From the IMG/VR virus record IMGVR_UViG_3300037755_000497, positions 1 to 64,000 of that record: a stretch of DNA of 64,000 bases. The stretch is one strand, 5' to 3'. The notes beneath the pieces were generated by a model. It ran no database searches. It worked only from the letters and a program-made list of their open reading frames with translations, and had not been told where the DNA came from. Position 1 is the first letter of the stretch; each line of letters begins with the position of its first letter. The stretch comes from a virus. Below are positions 27,383 through 37,978 of the stretch, piece by piece. The position numbers were made by a program, and so were the translations under genes.

Positions 27383-29437
27383 TTATACCCACTTTGCTGT
27401 TGCTGATTTTTTCTTTCTTAAAACTCTTAATGTATGCGGTAAATTTTCTTGTATATTATCAAAATGTGATACCCAAAATATCTGGACGAACCCAAACTTC
27501 TTAATTAAAATTGTTGTTATCAACTTCATCAATTGTTCCCTAGCATCTTTATCTAATGACGAATCTATTTCGTCTAAAAACAGTACACGGAAATTTGAAC
27601 CTGTCTGTCTTTGCTTTAACATCGTAAGTGCAATTCTTACAGCAAACGATACAAAAAATTGGCCCCCGTCACTTTCCATTTCAAATGCTGATTCGTTACC
27701 ATATTCAATTACTTTAAGGTGTAGTTCATCTTTTCTTTTAAAAAGTCTTTCTTCACCACATTCTTGACATGTGCTTTGTCTGTAACCTTTAGGAAACCGC
27801 CAACCACAACCAACACAATCTTCTTCCAATTTCCCTGTTTCTTTATACGCATTAAAAGAAACTTCCATTGGCGTGTTAAATTTTTCTAGGATGAAGTTAA
27901 CTTCACCTTCAATATCTTGAAAAGCATTTTCTACTTCTTGCGAAGGTATGCCTGATTTGCCAAACATAAAAGCCAGATATTTTAGGTCTTTTATCTCTTT
28001 ATCAAGAACTAGTATTGAGTTATCAATTTCTTCAACCCTAGATTTAGCTTTCTTAATTCTTACAAGATTTGATTGGTATTGTCCCAGTTTTTGGTTAAGT
28101 CCGTCAAGGCCTAATTTCTTCTTAGTTATCTTCAAAGAAATAGCATCTATTTTAGATTGCAGCTTGTCATCTTTACCCTTATCTATTTCAGCTTTCAGGG
28201 CCTCAAATTTGGCTTCTAATGCCTTCTTCTTTTCAGCTAATGGCTTTGTACCTTTTTTACCTTTAGTAAGCTGGGAAAGCTTGTTTTCAGCATCCTTTAA
28301 ACTAGTTTGTACTACCTTTGCACGTTCCATTTTATCAATACGGTCTTCAAAATTCTGACTGTAGGCATCAAGTTCTTTTACTTTCTTGCCCCACAATTTT
28401 ATTTGTTTAGGGTCTTTCTTTATCCTATCGCACCCTTCATTTAGTAACGGGCAAATTCCACAGAAGTTCTTTTCAACAGTTTTTAATTTCGCCCTAATTT
28501 CCTTAGCTTCATTTTCACACTTTGATTTCTCACTTATGTATTCTTTGTAAACGCTGGTGTTCATCACACCTAGCTTCTTCTTCTTTTTCTTTAGAGCATC
28601 TATCTTTAATTCAACATCAGTAATCTTATGCCTAATTTCTTCTTGGACACTTATACTGTGCTCAATTTCTCTTAACTGTTCATCAATTGTATTTAGTTCA
28701 TCCTCTAAATCATCAATTTCAGCATCAGATTTTAGTTTCTTTTCTAGCAATTTTCTTTTTGATCTTAATGCCTGGATGGACGCTTCTTTCTTAGTAATCT
28801 TTTCTTCTAATAATTTAACCTTGGCCTTTACTTTTTTCGCGTCACCAGTGTCTTCAACTATTGTTTCCCTTTTAGTTCTTATCTTATCAAGTTCTTTTAG
28901 TTTCTTTGTTAGGTCATCACTTACTGATTTATATAGTTCAATCCAATGCGTGTTATTGAATCTTTTCATTACATATTTTTGTTTTTCTGGTGGCGATAGT
29001 GTCATGAAGTCACCAGTTTCTTTTTTCTTGAAGAAGTTGGTTAATTCAAATTCTTTACCGTCACACCCAATTAATTCATCAATAGCTTTTTGCGCATCCC
29101 TTTTCTTATCAACCCAATCACATTCAAGCATAGAATGGTTCTTATAATCATGGCCCCTTTTGATTACAAACAAAGTTCCATTTTCATCAATCAAACCCAT
29201 TTCAGTCATCATAACTTCTTCGCCATGATGGATTAACTGTGTTTTTGTTTTGGCCCTAGTCTTACCTGTTAAGTTGTACTTCATGGCCTCTAAAATAGTT
29301 GTCTTCCCACCTTTATTAGATTTGTTAGGGTTATTAGCGTACTGGCAAATAATACCTATAACATCACGGTCTTTAAAATCCCAGTGACCTTCCTTATAGA
29401 GCATAAAATTTTGTATTTTTAAATAAGCTATCTTCAT
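27383..29437 (-). CDS. Rad50/SbcC/gp46-like ATPase
   Basis: NKGGKTT Walker A, long coiled coil with central CPLL..C hook, ESDGGQ signature, LFLDEID Walker B, VSH. Confidence 0.9.
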   Translation of the reverse strand: MKIAYLKIQNFMLYKEGHWDFKDRDVIGIICQYANNPNKSNKGGKTTILEAMKYNLTGKTRAKTKTQLIHHGEEVMMTEMGLIDENGTLFVIKRGHDYKNHSMLECDWVDKKRDAQKAIDELIGCDGKEFELTNFFKKKETGDFMTLSPPEKQKYVMKRFNNTHWIELYKSVSDDLTKKLKELDKIRTKRETIVEDTGDAKKVKAKVKLLEEKITKKEASIQALRSKRKLLEKKLKSDAEIDDLEDELNTIDEQLREIEHSISVQEEIRHKITDVELKIDALKKKKKKLGVMNTSVYKEYISEKSKCENEAKEIRAKLKTVEKNFCGICPLLNEGCDRIKKDPKQIKLWGKKVKELDAYSQNFEDRIDKMERAKVVQTSLKDAENKLSQLTKGKKGTKPLAEKKKALEAKFEALKAEIDKGKDDKLQSKIDAISLKITKKKLGLDGLNQKLGQYQSNLVRIKKAKSRVEEIDNSILVLDKEIKDLKYLAFMFGKSGIPSQEVENAFQDIEGEVNFILEKFNTPMEVSFNAYKETGKLEEDCVGCGWRFPKGYRQSTCQECGEERLFKRKDELHLKVIEYGNESAFEMESDGGQFFVSFAVRIALTMLKQRQTGSNFRVLFLDEIDSSLDKDAREQLMKLITTILIKKFGFVQIFWVSHFDNIQENLPHTLRVLRKKKSATAKWV

Positions 29438-30633
29438 TGCTTACCTTGGTTCTTTCTATAGTCTTCAATATATTTATTCGCTAACTTTCTTTTTCTTTTA
29501 TAATCTTTAGGCTTATTTGATTTTAACCACACCTTGACAGCTTCTTCTGGTGTAAGATTGACTGATTGCTTTTCATTTCTAACTGTTCTTGCCCTTATAA
29601 ACTTTGGTGTCACTGGTTTCACATAGTGCGCTGATTTAGTTAATTTCTTCCTAACTTCTTCCCAGTCAATTACAGGTGAATTTTCATCAAATGTTACATC
29701 CAGTTTTACAACTGCACCTTTTATTTTCTTCATATATTTTTTAGTGAAGATTTTAGTCGGTACATTATCATTTGTGTAATCAAGTTTTGTTTCAATAAAA
29801 GGTATGCAATCAGTTTTCTTATACCTTACTTTCCACTTAGTACCCAATTGGTCTGGAAGTTCTATTACTGCAAAATATTTATTCTTTTCCTTTTCACCAA
29901 AGTCTACAAAAAGTGGTGAACCGATGACACAAACATTACCTAATCGCTGTCTGGAATGGATATGTCCTTGAATTATTGTTGGGGCTATATGCCCGATGGC
30001 TAAATTACCATCAATAAAACTATCAGGTAAATATATCTCTGATTTCTTTAAAAGGTTTTCTTCTGAACCAGGTATTATGCCTTTTACATTCAAGTGACTG
30101 AATGCCAACTGATGTTGCCCCTGTCCTACTTTGTCCCAAATCTTTGAAGCTTTAGCATCAATGTATTCCTGGACAGTTTTGTATTTTGTATCTTTTAATC
30201 TTGCTTTTGAAATGTGTGGAAGGAACGTTAAATAAACGTTCCCATAATCAGCTGTAAACCATTTCATACAACTGATGTCATCTACCAATGTTATCAGCTT
30301 ATAGTCACCCTTCAATTTCTTAATAAAATCCAGGCAACCTTTTCTTTTCGTATCTGAAACAGCATCATGGTTCCCATAAAGTACATAAACTTGAATACCA
30401 TGCTTAACTGCTAGATTTAGTATCCTAATGAATTGACCTATAAGGTATTCACTGGGGTTGTTGTGGTCAAATATATCGCCACCAATAACTATTATTACAT
30501 CATCACCATTTTTTTTTAATCGAACAGCTTCTTTGATAGCATCAAGGCATATCCTAACTATTTCTTCTGTTCGATTAATGTCATTGGTAATTAACCCCAA
30601 ATGAACATCTGAAAACCACACTACCTTTTTCAT
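29434..30633 (-). CDS. Mre11/SbcD/gp47-like nuclease
   Basis: SDVHLG, GGDIFD, YGNHD, SH, GHIH phosphoesterase motifs. Confidence 0.92.
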   Translation of the reverse strand: MKKVVWFSDVHLGLITNDINRTEEIVRICLDAIKEAVRLKKNGDDVIIVIGGDIFDHNNPSEYLIGQFIRILNLAVKHGIQVYVLYGNHDAVSDTKRKGCLDFIKKLKGDYKLITLVDDISCMKWFTADYGNVYLTFLPHISKARLKDTKYKTVQEYIDAKASKIWDKVGQGQHQLAFSHLNVKGIIPGSEENLLKKSEIYLPDSFIDGNLAIGHIAPTIIQGHIHSRQRLGNVCVIGSPLFVDFGEKEKNKYFAVIELPDQLGTKWKVRYKKTDCIPFIETKLDYTNDNVPTKIFTKKYMKKIKGAVVKLDVTFDENSPVIDWEEVRKKLTKSAHYVKPVTPKFIRARTVRNEKQSVNLTPEEAVKVWLKSNKPKDYKRKRKLANKYIEDYRKNQGKQ

Positions 30634-30818
30634 CAGTTGTTTTTCTCAACGAATTTTTTAATTTCTTCCATGTGACCCAGAAGCATTTTTGCTTTAGCTA
30701 TACCAAATTTAATATCAGCTTTTACATATTCCTTTGCCCCTTCTTCATTAACGGAATGGATTGCTAACATTGGTTTACCTTCCCATTCATCTTCAAATAC
30801 TTTTGTTTTCTTACTCAT
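30633..30818 (-). CDS. Small protein, possibly PC4-like ssDNA-binding
   Basis: EWEGKPMLAI...KFGIAKAKMLLGHMEEIKKFV. Confidence 0.5.
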   Translation of the reverse strand: MSKKTKVFEDEWEGKPMLAIHSVNEEGAKEYVKADIKFGIAKAKMLLGHMEEIKKFVEKNN

Positions 30819-33052
30819 TCTTCTATCTCCAAAATTTCAGGGTTATTATCAACATAATTGTTGAATTCAGTTAGTGGTAGTTCTATCCTACCGTGTTGAA
30901 AACCTTTAACCTTTTTAGTTGTTCCCTTCTTTGCAGCTGGGACATCAACTTGGCAAAGTTTTATTACTTCTTCAACATCAAGAAGTTCGGCCAAGCCTGA
31001 ATACGGTCTAATACCTTCCTTGTATATAATTTCTGTTTCTGTTTTCATAAATGGTGGAATTTCTGGGTGTCTTGATTTTATTGTTTCCCAGTAAACTTTT
31101 CTACCAATAATTTTTTTGGAATCTTTAGTTCTTTTCAGTTTTGCACCAAGTGAACCACGCAACCTTAAAGATGCATAAAATTGGATAATTTCATCAGCAT
31201 TTGTTGTTCTACTGTCACCAAAAACTATACCGTGCTTTTTTCTTTCTTGATTTAATAATAAGAACGTCACTTTGTGTTCTTCAATGAATTGAATGAAGTC
31301 CCTCATTAAATCCGAGAATGCAGCGTTCTTTCTCATTGCTGCATAACCTTTAACATCTTTAGCTGATACTTTCCCATCTGTATCTTCCATTGATTTTAAT
31401 TCTTTTTCCAATTCCTTCATTGTCTCATTAATTTGTAACGGGTTGAATGAATCAACTCCAAGAAGTATCGGGCAATCTTTGTCATACTTTCTAATTTTTA
31501 TTACAAATTTCTGCATTAGCTTGAACAGCTTTTGCATATTACGTTCTTTTGTTTTTATAAATCTGGTCTGACCTTCTAAACCTAATTTTCTACCAATCCT
31601 TCTTTTGTAGGCACGCTCAACATCGGCTTGCAAATACCAACCACCAGCTTGAATAAACTTGGCCCCTAATTCCATCATTACATAAGATTTTCCACAATTG
31701 TGCGTAACCAAACCGTGGTCATGCAATACATATAAGTTTGTTTCGTTATCAATAGTAATATCGTAAACTTTTGCTTTTTTCCTATTAGTTACTTTTATCC
31801 CAACTCTACATGCTGGTTTCTTAGATTTTAATTTCCCATACAATTTTTTATATTTTTTTGATGGTGTGACAATATGCTTATTTAACTCTTTTAATATACG
31901 GCAAACAGTAACAGCGTCACCTATTCTGACATCATACATATCCCTTTTATCTTTCCTGGAATCAGTAATAAGTCTTGGTTTTATTTGGTATAGTTTATAA
32001 ATTAAAGTTTGAAACAAAACCGCTAAATCTTTTGATGAACTAGAAAAAGTTAAAGACAGGTATTTATTTTTTTGTAAATGCACTGAACCATCAGTATCAA
32101 TTAAACCAGCAATAAATCTTAATATAGATTCTCGATTCCAAGATAGAACTGTATCTTCTGGGAACGATTTCTGATAAGCGTATTTACCTTTTATTAAATT
32201 ATCATAATGATTGCACTTAACAGGTTCAGGTTTTACACCTTTACCTTTTTTATTAGTTATAACATAGGTGTGATTACCTTCACTAGAATTTCTATAACAG
32301 AATTTTGCCCCTAAGTCCTTCCTAACTTTTTCTGGTATTTTATCACTACTTGAAGATATATGTATTCCAGTTGTAATTTGTCTGGAACATCCATCACCAA
32401 GTATAGCACCTATTGCATAAGCGTGTTCCTCATTTTTATCACCAAACTTGTAGTCAACAAATTTCTGAACAATTTTTAACTTCTGGTTCTTCTTTATTTC
32501 ACTAATGTTACGTTCCATAACCTTGCCGTTTTTAATATTGTTTACAAGAAAAACGTGATCATCAGTTGGTGATGGCAACTGATGATGTCCATTACTCATG
32601 ATATTAACAGTTTTTATCCCATTACTATGAACTTTTTTTACTTTAGATGGTGAAACAGTTCCATCACTGTTATAACCAAAAACTTCTTCACCAATTTTAA
32701 GTTTATTAATTGGTTTTGGGCCACAAGGTGTTGCTACTAATGTTCCTTCTGCTAAACATTGGCTTGGCCCATGTATTTCCATAAAAATACCACCAGGAAT
32801 TCCACCAGTTATATACTGCAATCCTTTATGGATAAATTTAATTAGGTACGGTATAAGGTCACCAACTTTACTAGTAACAATTTCAAATTCACTTTTTAAA
32901 GATTTTAGTATAGATGCTTCGGCTTTCGTTATTTTAGCATCACCTTCGTTTTTTGAGGGTTTTTTGCTTTTTTTTGACTTGCTTTTCTTCTTCTTTACTT
33001 TCTTTTTTATTTCCAAGTTTTGTTTTGATGCTGACCTTTTTTTCACTTTCAT
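30815..33052 (-). CDS. recA: RecA/UvsX-like recombinase containing an intein
   Basis: GGIPGGIFMEIHGPSQ|CGKS P-loop split by intein; DVER, VDS, LNQER, FYASLRL. Confidence 0.9.
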   Translation of the reverse strand: MKVKKRSASKQNLEIKKKVKKKKSKSKKSKKPSKNEGDAKITKAEASILKSLKSEFEIVTSKVGDLIPYLIKFIHKGLQYITGGIPGGIFMEIHGPSQCLAEGTLVATPCGPKPINKLKIGEEVFGYNSDGTVSPSKVKKVHSNGIKTVNIMSNGHHQLPSPTDDHVFLVNNIKNGKVMERNISEIKKNQKLKIVQKFVDYKFGDKNEEHAYAIGAILGDGCSRQITTGIHISSSSDKIPEKVRKDLGAKFCYRNSSEGNHTYVITNKKGKGVKPEPVKCNHYDNLIKGKYAYQKSFPEDTVLSWNRESILRFIAGLIDTDGSVHLQKNKYLSLTFSSSSKDLAVLFQTLIYKLYQIKPRLITDSRKDKRDMYDVRIGDAVTVCRILKELNKHIVTPSKKYKKLYGKLKSKKPACRVGIKVTNRKKAKVYDITIDNETNLYVLHDHGLVTHNCGKSYVMMELGAKFIQAGGWYLQADVERAYKRRIGRKLGLEGQTRFIKTKERNMQKLFKLMQKFVIKIRKYDKDCPILLGVDSFNPLQINETMKELEKELKSMEDTDGKVSAKDVKGYAAMRKNAAFSDLMRDFIQFIEEHKVTFLLLNQERKKHGIVFGDSRTTNADEIIQFYASLRLRGSLGAKLKRTKDSKKIIGRKVYWETIKSRHPEIPPFMKTETEIIYKEGIRPYSGLAELLDVEEVIKLCQVDVPAAKKGTTKKVKGFQHGRIELPLTEFNNYVDNNPEILEIEE
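31697..32758 (-). mobile_element. Intein (354 aa) with LAGLIDADG homing endonuclease
   Basis: Begins CLAEGTLV, ends VYDITID...LVTHN before Cys+1; IGAILGDG and IAGLIDTDG motifs. Confidence 0.95.
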
Positions 33053-33965
33053 TTTTAACCTTCCTTGTTATCTTTTTAAATCTCATTTCAAATTCATCAA
33101 TCTGGTATAAAAGGCTTTGGAATTTATACTTCTTAAATATCTTCCTTACTTGGCTAAACCTTACCTTAGCCGCCTGTTCTTTTGATAACCTATATGCCTT
33201 TTGTATATCTCTTATGTCTTCGTCTTGAAGTATCGCACCTATAGCAATTAGATATTTATTTCTGTCTAAAATTTCTTGTTCATTCTGTTTTATTGGTAAC
33301 TTCTTTTTACCAGTTATCCCATTTAATATTATTCCAGTGGCCTTTACTGGGCCAATTCCATGTACACCATTAATATTATCTGATTTATCACCAACTAAAG
33401 ACTTCCAAAGTATGTAGTGTTTTGCTGGGAAACCAAGAAAAAGTTCTACTTTATTTTCACTTAACAGATATGGTCTGGATTTTTCACCTTTCTTTGCAAC
33501 AAGCCTTTTACCCTTTGGAAGGTACAGCTTAACTTTACCCTTAACTAATTGAATAAAATCTGTATCATTTGAAACAATTATTTTTTCACCTTTTAATTTT
33601 GTATTTGTAAGCCACCCAATAATGTCATCAGCTTCAATATCTTGCACCTGTATTTGTTTTACTGGAAGATGGTTGAATATTTCCATCAGTATTTCTTTAT
33701 TTTTAGCAATAGCTATTTTATCTTCTTCATTCCTGTTCTTATCTCTTTGTTGTTTGTATTCTGGGAATAGCTGTAACCTTCTTTTTGATTTCCCTAAGTC
33801 CCATGCAATAATAATACTATCTGGTTTAAATTTCTTCATTAAATTTGTTAGCATCTTCATCGAGTTAAAGGCACCGGAAATTCTTGTTCCTTTGCCATCT
33901 GTCAGCTTGGATGCGAAATGCGCCCTATAAATCAAGTTATTCGCATCAATTAATAAGTGTCTCAT
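32940..33965 (-). CDS. 5'-3' exonuclease / flap endonuclease (PolI N-terminal type)
   Basis: LLIDANNL, YKQQR, EADDII, SNDTDFIQL, LVGDKSDNINGVHGIGPVKA. Confidence 0.93.
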   Translation of the reverse strand: MRHLLIDANNLIYRAHFASKLTDGKGTRISGAFNSMKMLTNLMKKFKPDSIIIAWDLGKSKRRLQLFPEYKQQRDKNRNEEDKIAIAKNKEILMEIFNHLPVKQIQVQDIEADDIIGWLTNTKLKGEKIIVSNDTDFIQLVKGKVKLYLPKGKRLVAKKGEKSRPYLLSENKVELFLGFPAKHYILWKSLVGDKSDNINGVHGIGPVKATGIILNGITGKKKLPIKQNEQEILDRNKYLIAIGAILQDEDIRDIQKAYRLSKEQAAKVRFSQVRKIFKKYKFQSLLYQIDEFEMRFKKITRKVKNESEKKVSIKTKLGNKKESKEEEKQVKKKQKTLKKRR

Positions 33966-33968
33966 TAC

Positions 33969-36146
33969 CTAACCTTCGTCTAAACTTTCTAATAATTGGT
34001 TGAAGAAGTTTTCTTTATTATCTTGCGGCTTATCTGTCACTATTTCTTCTTCACTAATTACGTTACCTTTTTCATCATACCTTGTTATCATTGGAACGCC
34101 TTCAAACTTCCCTTTCTTAGCGTTGTTTGCCATCTTATTTCTTGCTTTTGTTTTCTTAACTTCTTCTTCAAAATAATCATAAAATTTTGATGGTAGCTTA
34201 ACACCCATTTCTTCAATATAATGTGAAGGCCTAGTCTTCATATTATTGAATCTTTCATATATCGCTGAAATATAAAGTTCTTCCTTGGCCCTAGTTACTG
34301 CAACGTAGGCAATTCTTCTTTCTTCTTCAAAGTCATCAGCTTTGTAATGTGGCATTACTTTTTCACAGCAACCAAGTATAAATACTACTGGGAATTCCAT
34401 ACCTTTTGATTTGTGAATTGTTAAGCAATGAATAGCATCATCATCTTCATTTTCTTCAAATTCCATTGATTCAACAAATAGTATAAAATCTTGAGGATTC
34501 TTAAATCTTTCAGCACCAAATAATAATGAATTTAAATTCATACCTGTATCATTATCCGGTTCTTCATCAGCACTTTCTAATTCTTTATTCAACCATCTAA
34601 GGTAACCAGTTTCTTCAATTATTTCTTCAAATATTTCCTTAGTTGTTATTTCTGATGTTTCAATTTTTTTTGAAAGCATAGTAATCATATCAACGAAACG
34701 TTTAGCTTGGCTTGATTGTGTTGCACCCATATTCAAATCTGGCCAACGTTGTAATGCTTGCCAAAAAGTTTCGTAACCGTTATCAAACATTATTTCTTCG
34801 ATTTTATCTATAAACTTACCGCCAAGGAATCTAGCTGGTCTATTTATAATTCTCCTAAAATCTTCTGGTTCGGCCATATTTGGGTGGTAACATATTTTCA
34901 AGTAAGCAAGCATGTCTTTTACTTCCTTCCTGTCATAGAAACCTTCTTTAGAGTAAACTTTGTGTGGGATGTGGTTTATAATAAAATTATCAACAATAGC
35001 CCTGGACTGGGCATTAGTTCTATAAAGGATTGCTATATCATTTAAGTTATAACCATCAACAATCATACATTCTATTTTATCAAGAATGTTCCTTGCTTCT
35101 TCTTCAACATCCATAGACATAATTACTTCTGGTTCTTTACCATTAGCATTATCAGTAAAAAGGTTTTTCCATATTTGTGTGGTGTTATGCTTAATTAACT
35201 TATTCCCAGCACTAACTATTTCTGGGCTTGATCTATAATTTTGTTCCAACTTGATAATGGTTGGTTTATATTTATCCTGAAATTCTTGTATATAACTAAT
35301 TTTTGCACCCCTGAATCCATACAAACACTGGTAATCATCAAGTACAATCGTCATATTCTTACCATTTGATATTAAATCAAATAACATAAACTGAATTTTA
35401 TTTAAGTCTTGTGCTTCATCAATAAATATATGCTCGATTCTTTTTTTTAACCTTTCTAAAAATTTAACATTCTTAGTCTTAATTAACTCATAATAAGTCT
35501 TAATTAAAAAATCGTCAAAATCAATTCGTTTCTGGGAAGACAGTTCCTTTTGATACTCTTTATAAGCTTGAATAAACGTACCTTCCCTTGTGAACTTCCA
35601 GTCCTTGTTCGTCTTAGGGTCTGAATCATATATTTCAATTTTAAATTCCTTTATATGTGCTTCCAAGTCTTTAACTCTTTTACCCTCATTCTTCCAATAG
35701 GATATTTTACTAAGTATCGACTTAATATCTTTAGTAGCAAATCTATTTCTATAATTATCATAAGAATATTTATTAATAATTTTTACCATTGTCATCCAAC
35801 GGCCACCACCCATAATAAGTTTGGGGTGTTCATGCTTATTTTGCCATTCCCTTAAATCTTTAAATATCCTTAAAAATAGCGAATGTGACGTTCCAAGTTT
35901 TAATCTATCAGTTTTATTTCCTATGATTAATTCTAACCTATCACACATTTCATCAGCTGCTTTCTTGGTAAAAGTTGTTACAAAAATGCGTGATGGTAAA
36001 CTACCATTCTTTATTATATAAGCTATTTTAGAGGTTAACATTTTTGTTTTTCCAGCCCCGGCCCCAGCAACAACCATTAATGAATTGTCTTCACTATATA
36101 CAACCGCTTCTTTTTGATTTTTGTTTAACCCTTTAAGAATTTTCAT
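33969..36146 (-). CDS. UvrD/PcrA-like SF1 helicase
   Basis: AGAGAGKT, TFTKKAA, IDEAQD, LEQNYRS, LYRTNAQ, TIHKSKGMEF, EERRIAYVAVTRAK. Confidence 0.95.
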   Translation of the reverse strand: MKILKGLNKNQKEAVVYSEDNSLMVVAGAGAGKTKMLTSKIAYIIKNGSLPSRIFVTTFTKKAADEMCDRLELIIGNKTDRLKLGTSHSLFLRIFKDLREWQNKHEHPKLIMGGGRWMTMVKIINKYSYDNYRNRFATKDIKSILSKISYWKNEGKRVKDLEAHIKEFKIEIYDSDPKTNKDWKFTREGTFIQAYKEYQKELSSQKRIDFDDFLIKTYYELIKTKNVKFLERLKKRIEHIFIDEAQDLNKIQFMLFDLISNGKNMTIVLDDYQCLYGFRGAKISYIQEFQDKYKPTIIKLEQNYRSSPEIVSAGNKLIKHNTTQIWKNLFTDNANGKEPEVIMSMDVEEEARNILDKIECMIVDGYNLNDIAILYRTNAQSRAIVDNFIINHIPHKVYSKEGFYDRKEVKDMLAYLKICYHPNMAEPEDFRRIINRPARFLGGKFIDKIEEIMFDNGYETFWQALQRWPDLNMGATQSSQAKRFVDMITMLSKKIETSEITTKEIFEEIIEETGYLRWLNKELESADEEPDNDTGMNLNSLLFGAERFKNPQDFILFVESMEFEENEDDDAIHCLTIHKSKGMEFPVVFILGCCEKVMPHYKADDFEEERRIAYVAVTRAKEELYISAIYERFNNMKTRPSHYIEEMGVKLPSKFYDYFEEEVKKTKARNKMANNAKKGKFEGVPMITRYDEKGNVISEEEIVTDKPQDNKENFFNQLLESLDEG

Positions 36147-36751
36147 ATATACCTAAGTTTAAATCTTACACCGTTGCATATACCCTCTAAATTATTTGTA
36201 ATCATTCTTGAAGCATACTTTTTGCACTTCCCTAATCTGGCACTTGCTAGATATGATGAAGCAAATTTTTCTACTTCACCCGTACTTAAATTAATTATTT
36301 CAACAGGTTTTCTTCGTTTTTGTGATTGCTTGTAAGCGGCTTGTCTTTTTTTAGTGGTTATCGTTGTTAATGCCGCATTTTCTTTTCTTTCTAATAATAT
36401 ACAATTACCAATACGGTAATTACCTAAATCATTATTTCTGGAGACAACAGGGTCAAGCCAAGTTTCTCTTTTTAATATTTCTGATAAATACCAATTTATA
36501 AACTCACGATGCCCCCATAAATGTTTTACATTTCTTGCACCATAATCTTTATATGCTATGTTCCTAATATCAGTGCATCTGCCACGTTGTGCCCTGAATG
36601 AATCATAGGCCTTTTTAATTATAAAATTTTTACTTGTAGTTGGGTTCCCAACAAAGTACCATTTTTCGTCAAACACGAAATCAGAATCAGTTTTAAAAGA
36701 AGCGATAACTTCCTTACTTGTGATCAATTTTCCATTACCGCTTCTATTCAT
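36143..36751 (-). CDS. Free-standing HNH-like homing endonuclease with NUMOD1-like tail (possibly degenerate)
   Basis: RC...YKDYGAR...SRNNDLGNYRIGNC...KEN; RRKPVEIINLSTGEVEKFASSYLASARLG. Confidence 0.7.
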   Translation of the reverse strand: MNRSGNGKLITSKEVIASFKTDSDFVFDEKWYFVGNPTTSKNFIIKKAYDSFRAQRGRCTDIRNIAYKDYGARNVKHLWGHREFINWYLSEILKRETWLDPVVSRNNDLGNYRIGNCILLERKENAALTTITTKKRQAAYKQSQKRRKPVEIINLSTGEVEKFASSYLASARLGKCKKYASRMITNNLEGICNGVRFKLRYI

Positions 36752-36760
36752 AACATTACC

Positions 36761-37951
36761 TTATTTCTTTTTCTTGCCTGACTTTGATTTAGGCTTTTTC
36801 TTATCTTTACTCTTTTTTTCTACTTTCTTTTTGCCTTTAGATTTCTTTTTAGGCTTTTCGTCTTCATCGTCATCGTCTTCATCGTCTTCATCGTCTTCAT
36901 CGTCTTCATCGTCTTCATCGTCTTCGTCATCGTCTTCGTCTTCATCATCATCGTCATCATCATCGTCATCATCATCGTCTTCATCTTCGTCATCATCATC
37001 GTCTTCATCATCATCGTCTTCATCATCATCGTCTTCATCATCATCATCTTCGTCTTCATCATCGCTATCAACTTCAACGTCATCATCTTCGTCTTCGTCA
37101 TCGCCATCAACTTCAACGTCATCATCTTCGTCTTCGTCACTTTCAACTTTTATTTTGCTACCCTTTTTTAACTCTTTTAAAAGTTTTTCAAGTGCTTTCA
37201 TAGAAAATGTTGGTTCAAGTTTTTCTAAATCTTCCATCTGGCCAATAACTTCTTCGTCACTTTCAAATGCACCTGATTTTAAAAGTTCAGCTGATTTACC
37301 CCATTTGGTATCTTTGTATCTTCTCATGACACTTTTCTTACCATTATGGGTAATAATCATTGCTTTACCCTTATCCAAATTAAAAAACTTTTTAAGGCTT
37401 GTTGTTTCGTCATCCATTTTTTCCATGAATTCTTCAAACACATCTTTAGCAAGCCTTAGAACTTGTACACATTTATCTGTAACGTCTTTAACTTTACCCT
37501 TCTTACCTTCTTTCAGTTTTACAGCGTTAACATAGTAAGAAGTTTGTTGCATAAAAGGTTTGTGCGCTTGGCTTTCCTTCTTTGACATCTTTTTGCCACT
37601 TTCTTCTTTTTCTTTAATTTTGTTATAAATTTCAAAACCGTATTCACAAACTGGACAATCTTCATCGTAGGCCCTAGCACAAGTAACTGGTTTACCAATT
37701 AATTTATTGCCCTTTCTTTGCTGGTGAATCATAGTCATTTTATAAGGTAGATCATTCTTAGAACCGGGGTAAGGTGGTAGGGGCATAACATGCGTTTCTA
37801 CACAATCTAATTTCATGTAGTCTGTACTATTACCGCTTTTCTTCTCACGTGATTTCTTAACACCACTTTTTAATTTCTTTTCATCATAATCAAATGATAG
37901 CTTGTTACTAGCTTTCTTCTTTTCTTTTTTGTCTTTTGACTTCTTAGCCAT
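36761..37951 (-). CDS. gp32-like single-stranded DNA-binding protein with very long acidic tract and basic ends
   Basis: H...CARAYDEDCPVC Zn site like T4 gp32; YYVNAV; position between UvsY-like gene and helicase. Confidence 0.75.
   Translation of the reverse strand: MAKKSKDKKEKKKASNKLSFDYDEKKLKSGVKKSREKKSGNSTDYMKLDCVETHVMPLPPYPGSKNDLPYKMTMIHQQRKGNKLIGKPVTCARAYDEDCPVCEYGFEIYNKIKEKEESGKKMSKKESQAHKPFMQQTSYYVNAVKLKEGKKGKVKDVTDKCVQVLRLAKDVFEEFMEKMDDETTSLKKFFNLDKGKAMIITHNGKKSVMRRYKDTKWGKSAELLKSGAFESDEEVIGQMEDLEKLEPTFSMKALEKLLKELKKGSKIKVESDEDEDDDVEVDGDDEDEDDDVEVDSDDEDEDDDDEDDDDEDDDDEDDDDDEDEDDDDDDDDDDDDEDEDDDEDDEDDEDDEDDEDDEDDDDEDEKPKKKSKGKKKVEKKSKDKKKPKSKSGKKKK
36858..37146 (-). repeat. GAY/GAA trinucleotide tract encoding ~95 mostly Asp/Glu residues
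   Basis: Direct reading. Confidence 0.95.
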
Positions 37952-37978
37952 TTGATACCTCTTTTTTTGTTGTTAACG

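Noticed and set aside
36720-37535. Poly-Ser (+) and Met/Lys/Thr-rich (-) ORFs 36720-37535 and 36820-37146
   Set aside because: Shadow frames of the D/E codon tract in the SSB gene
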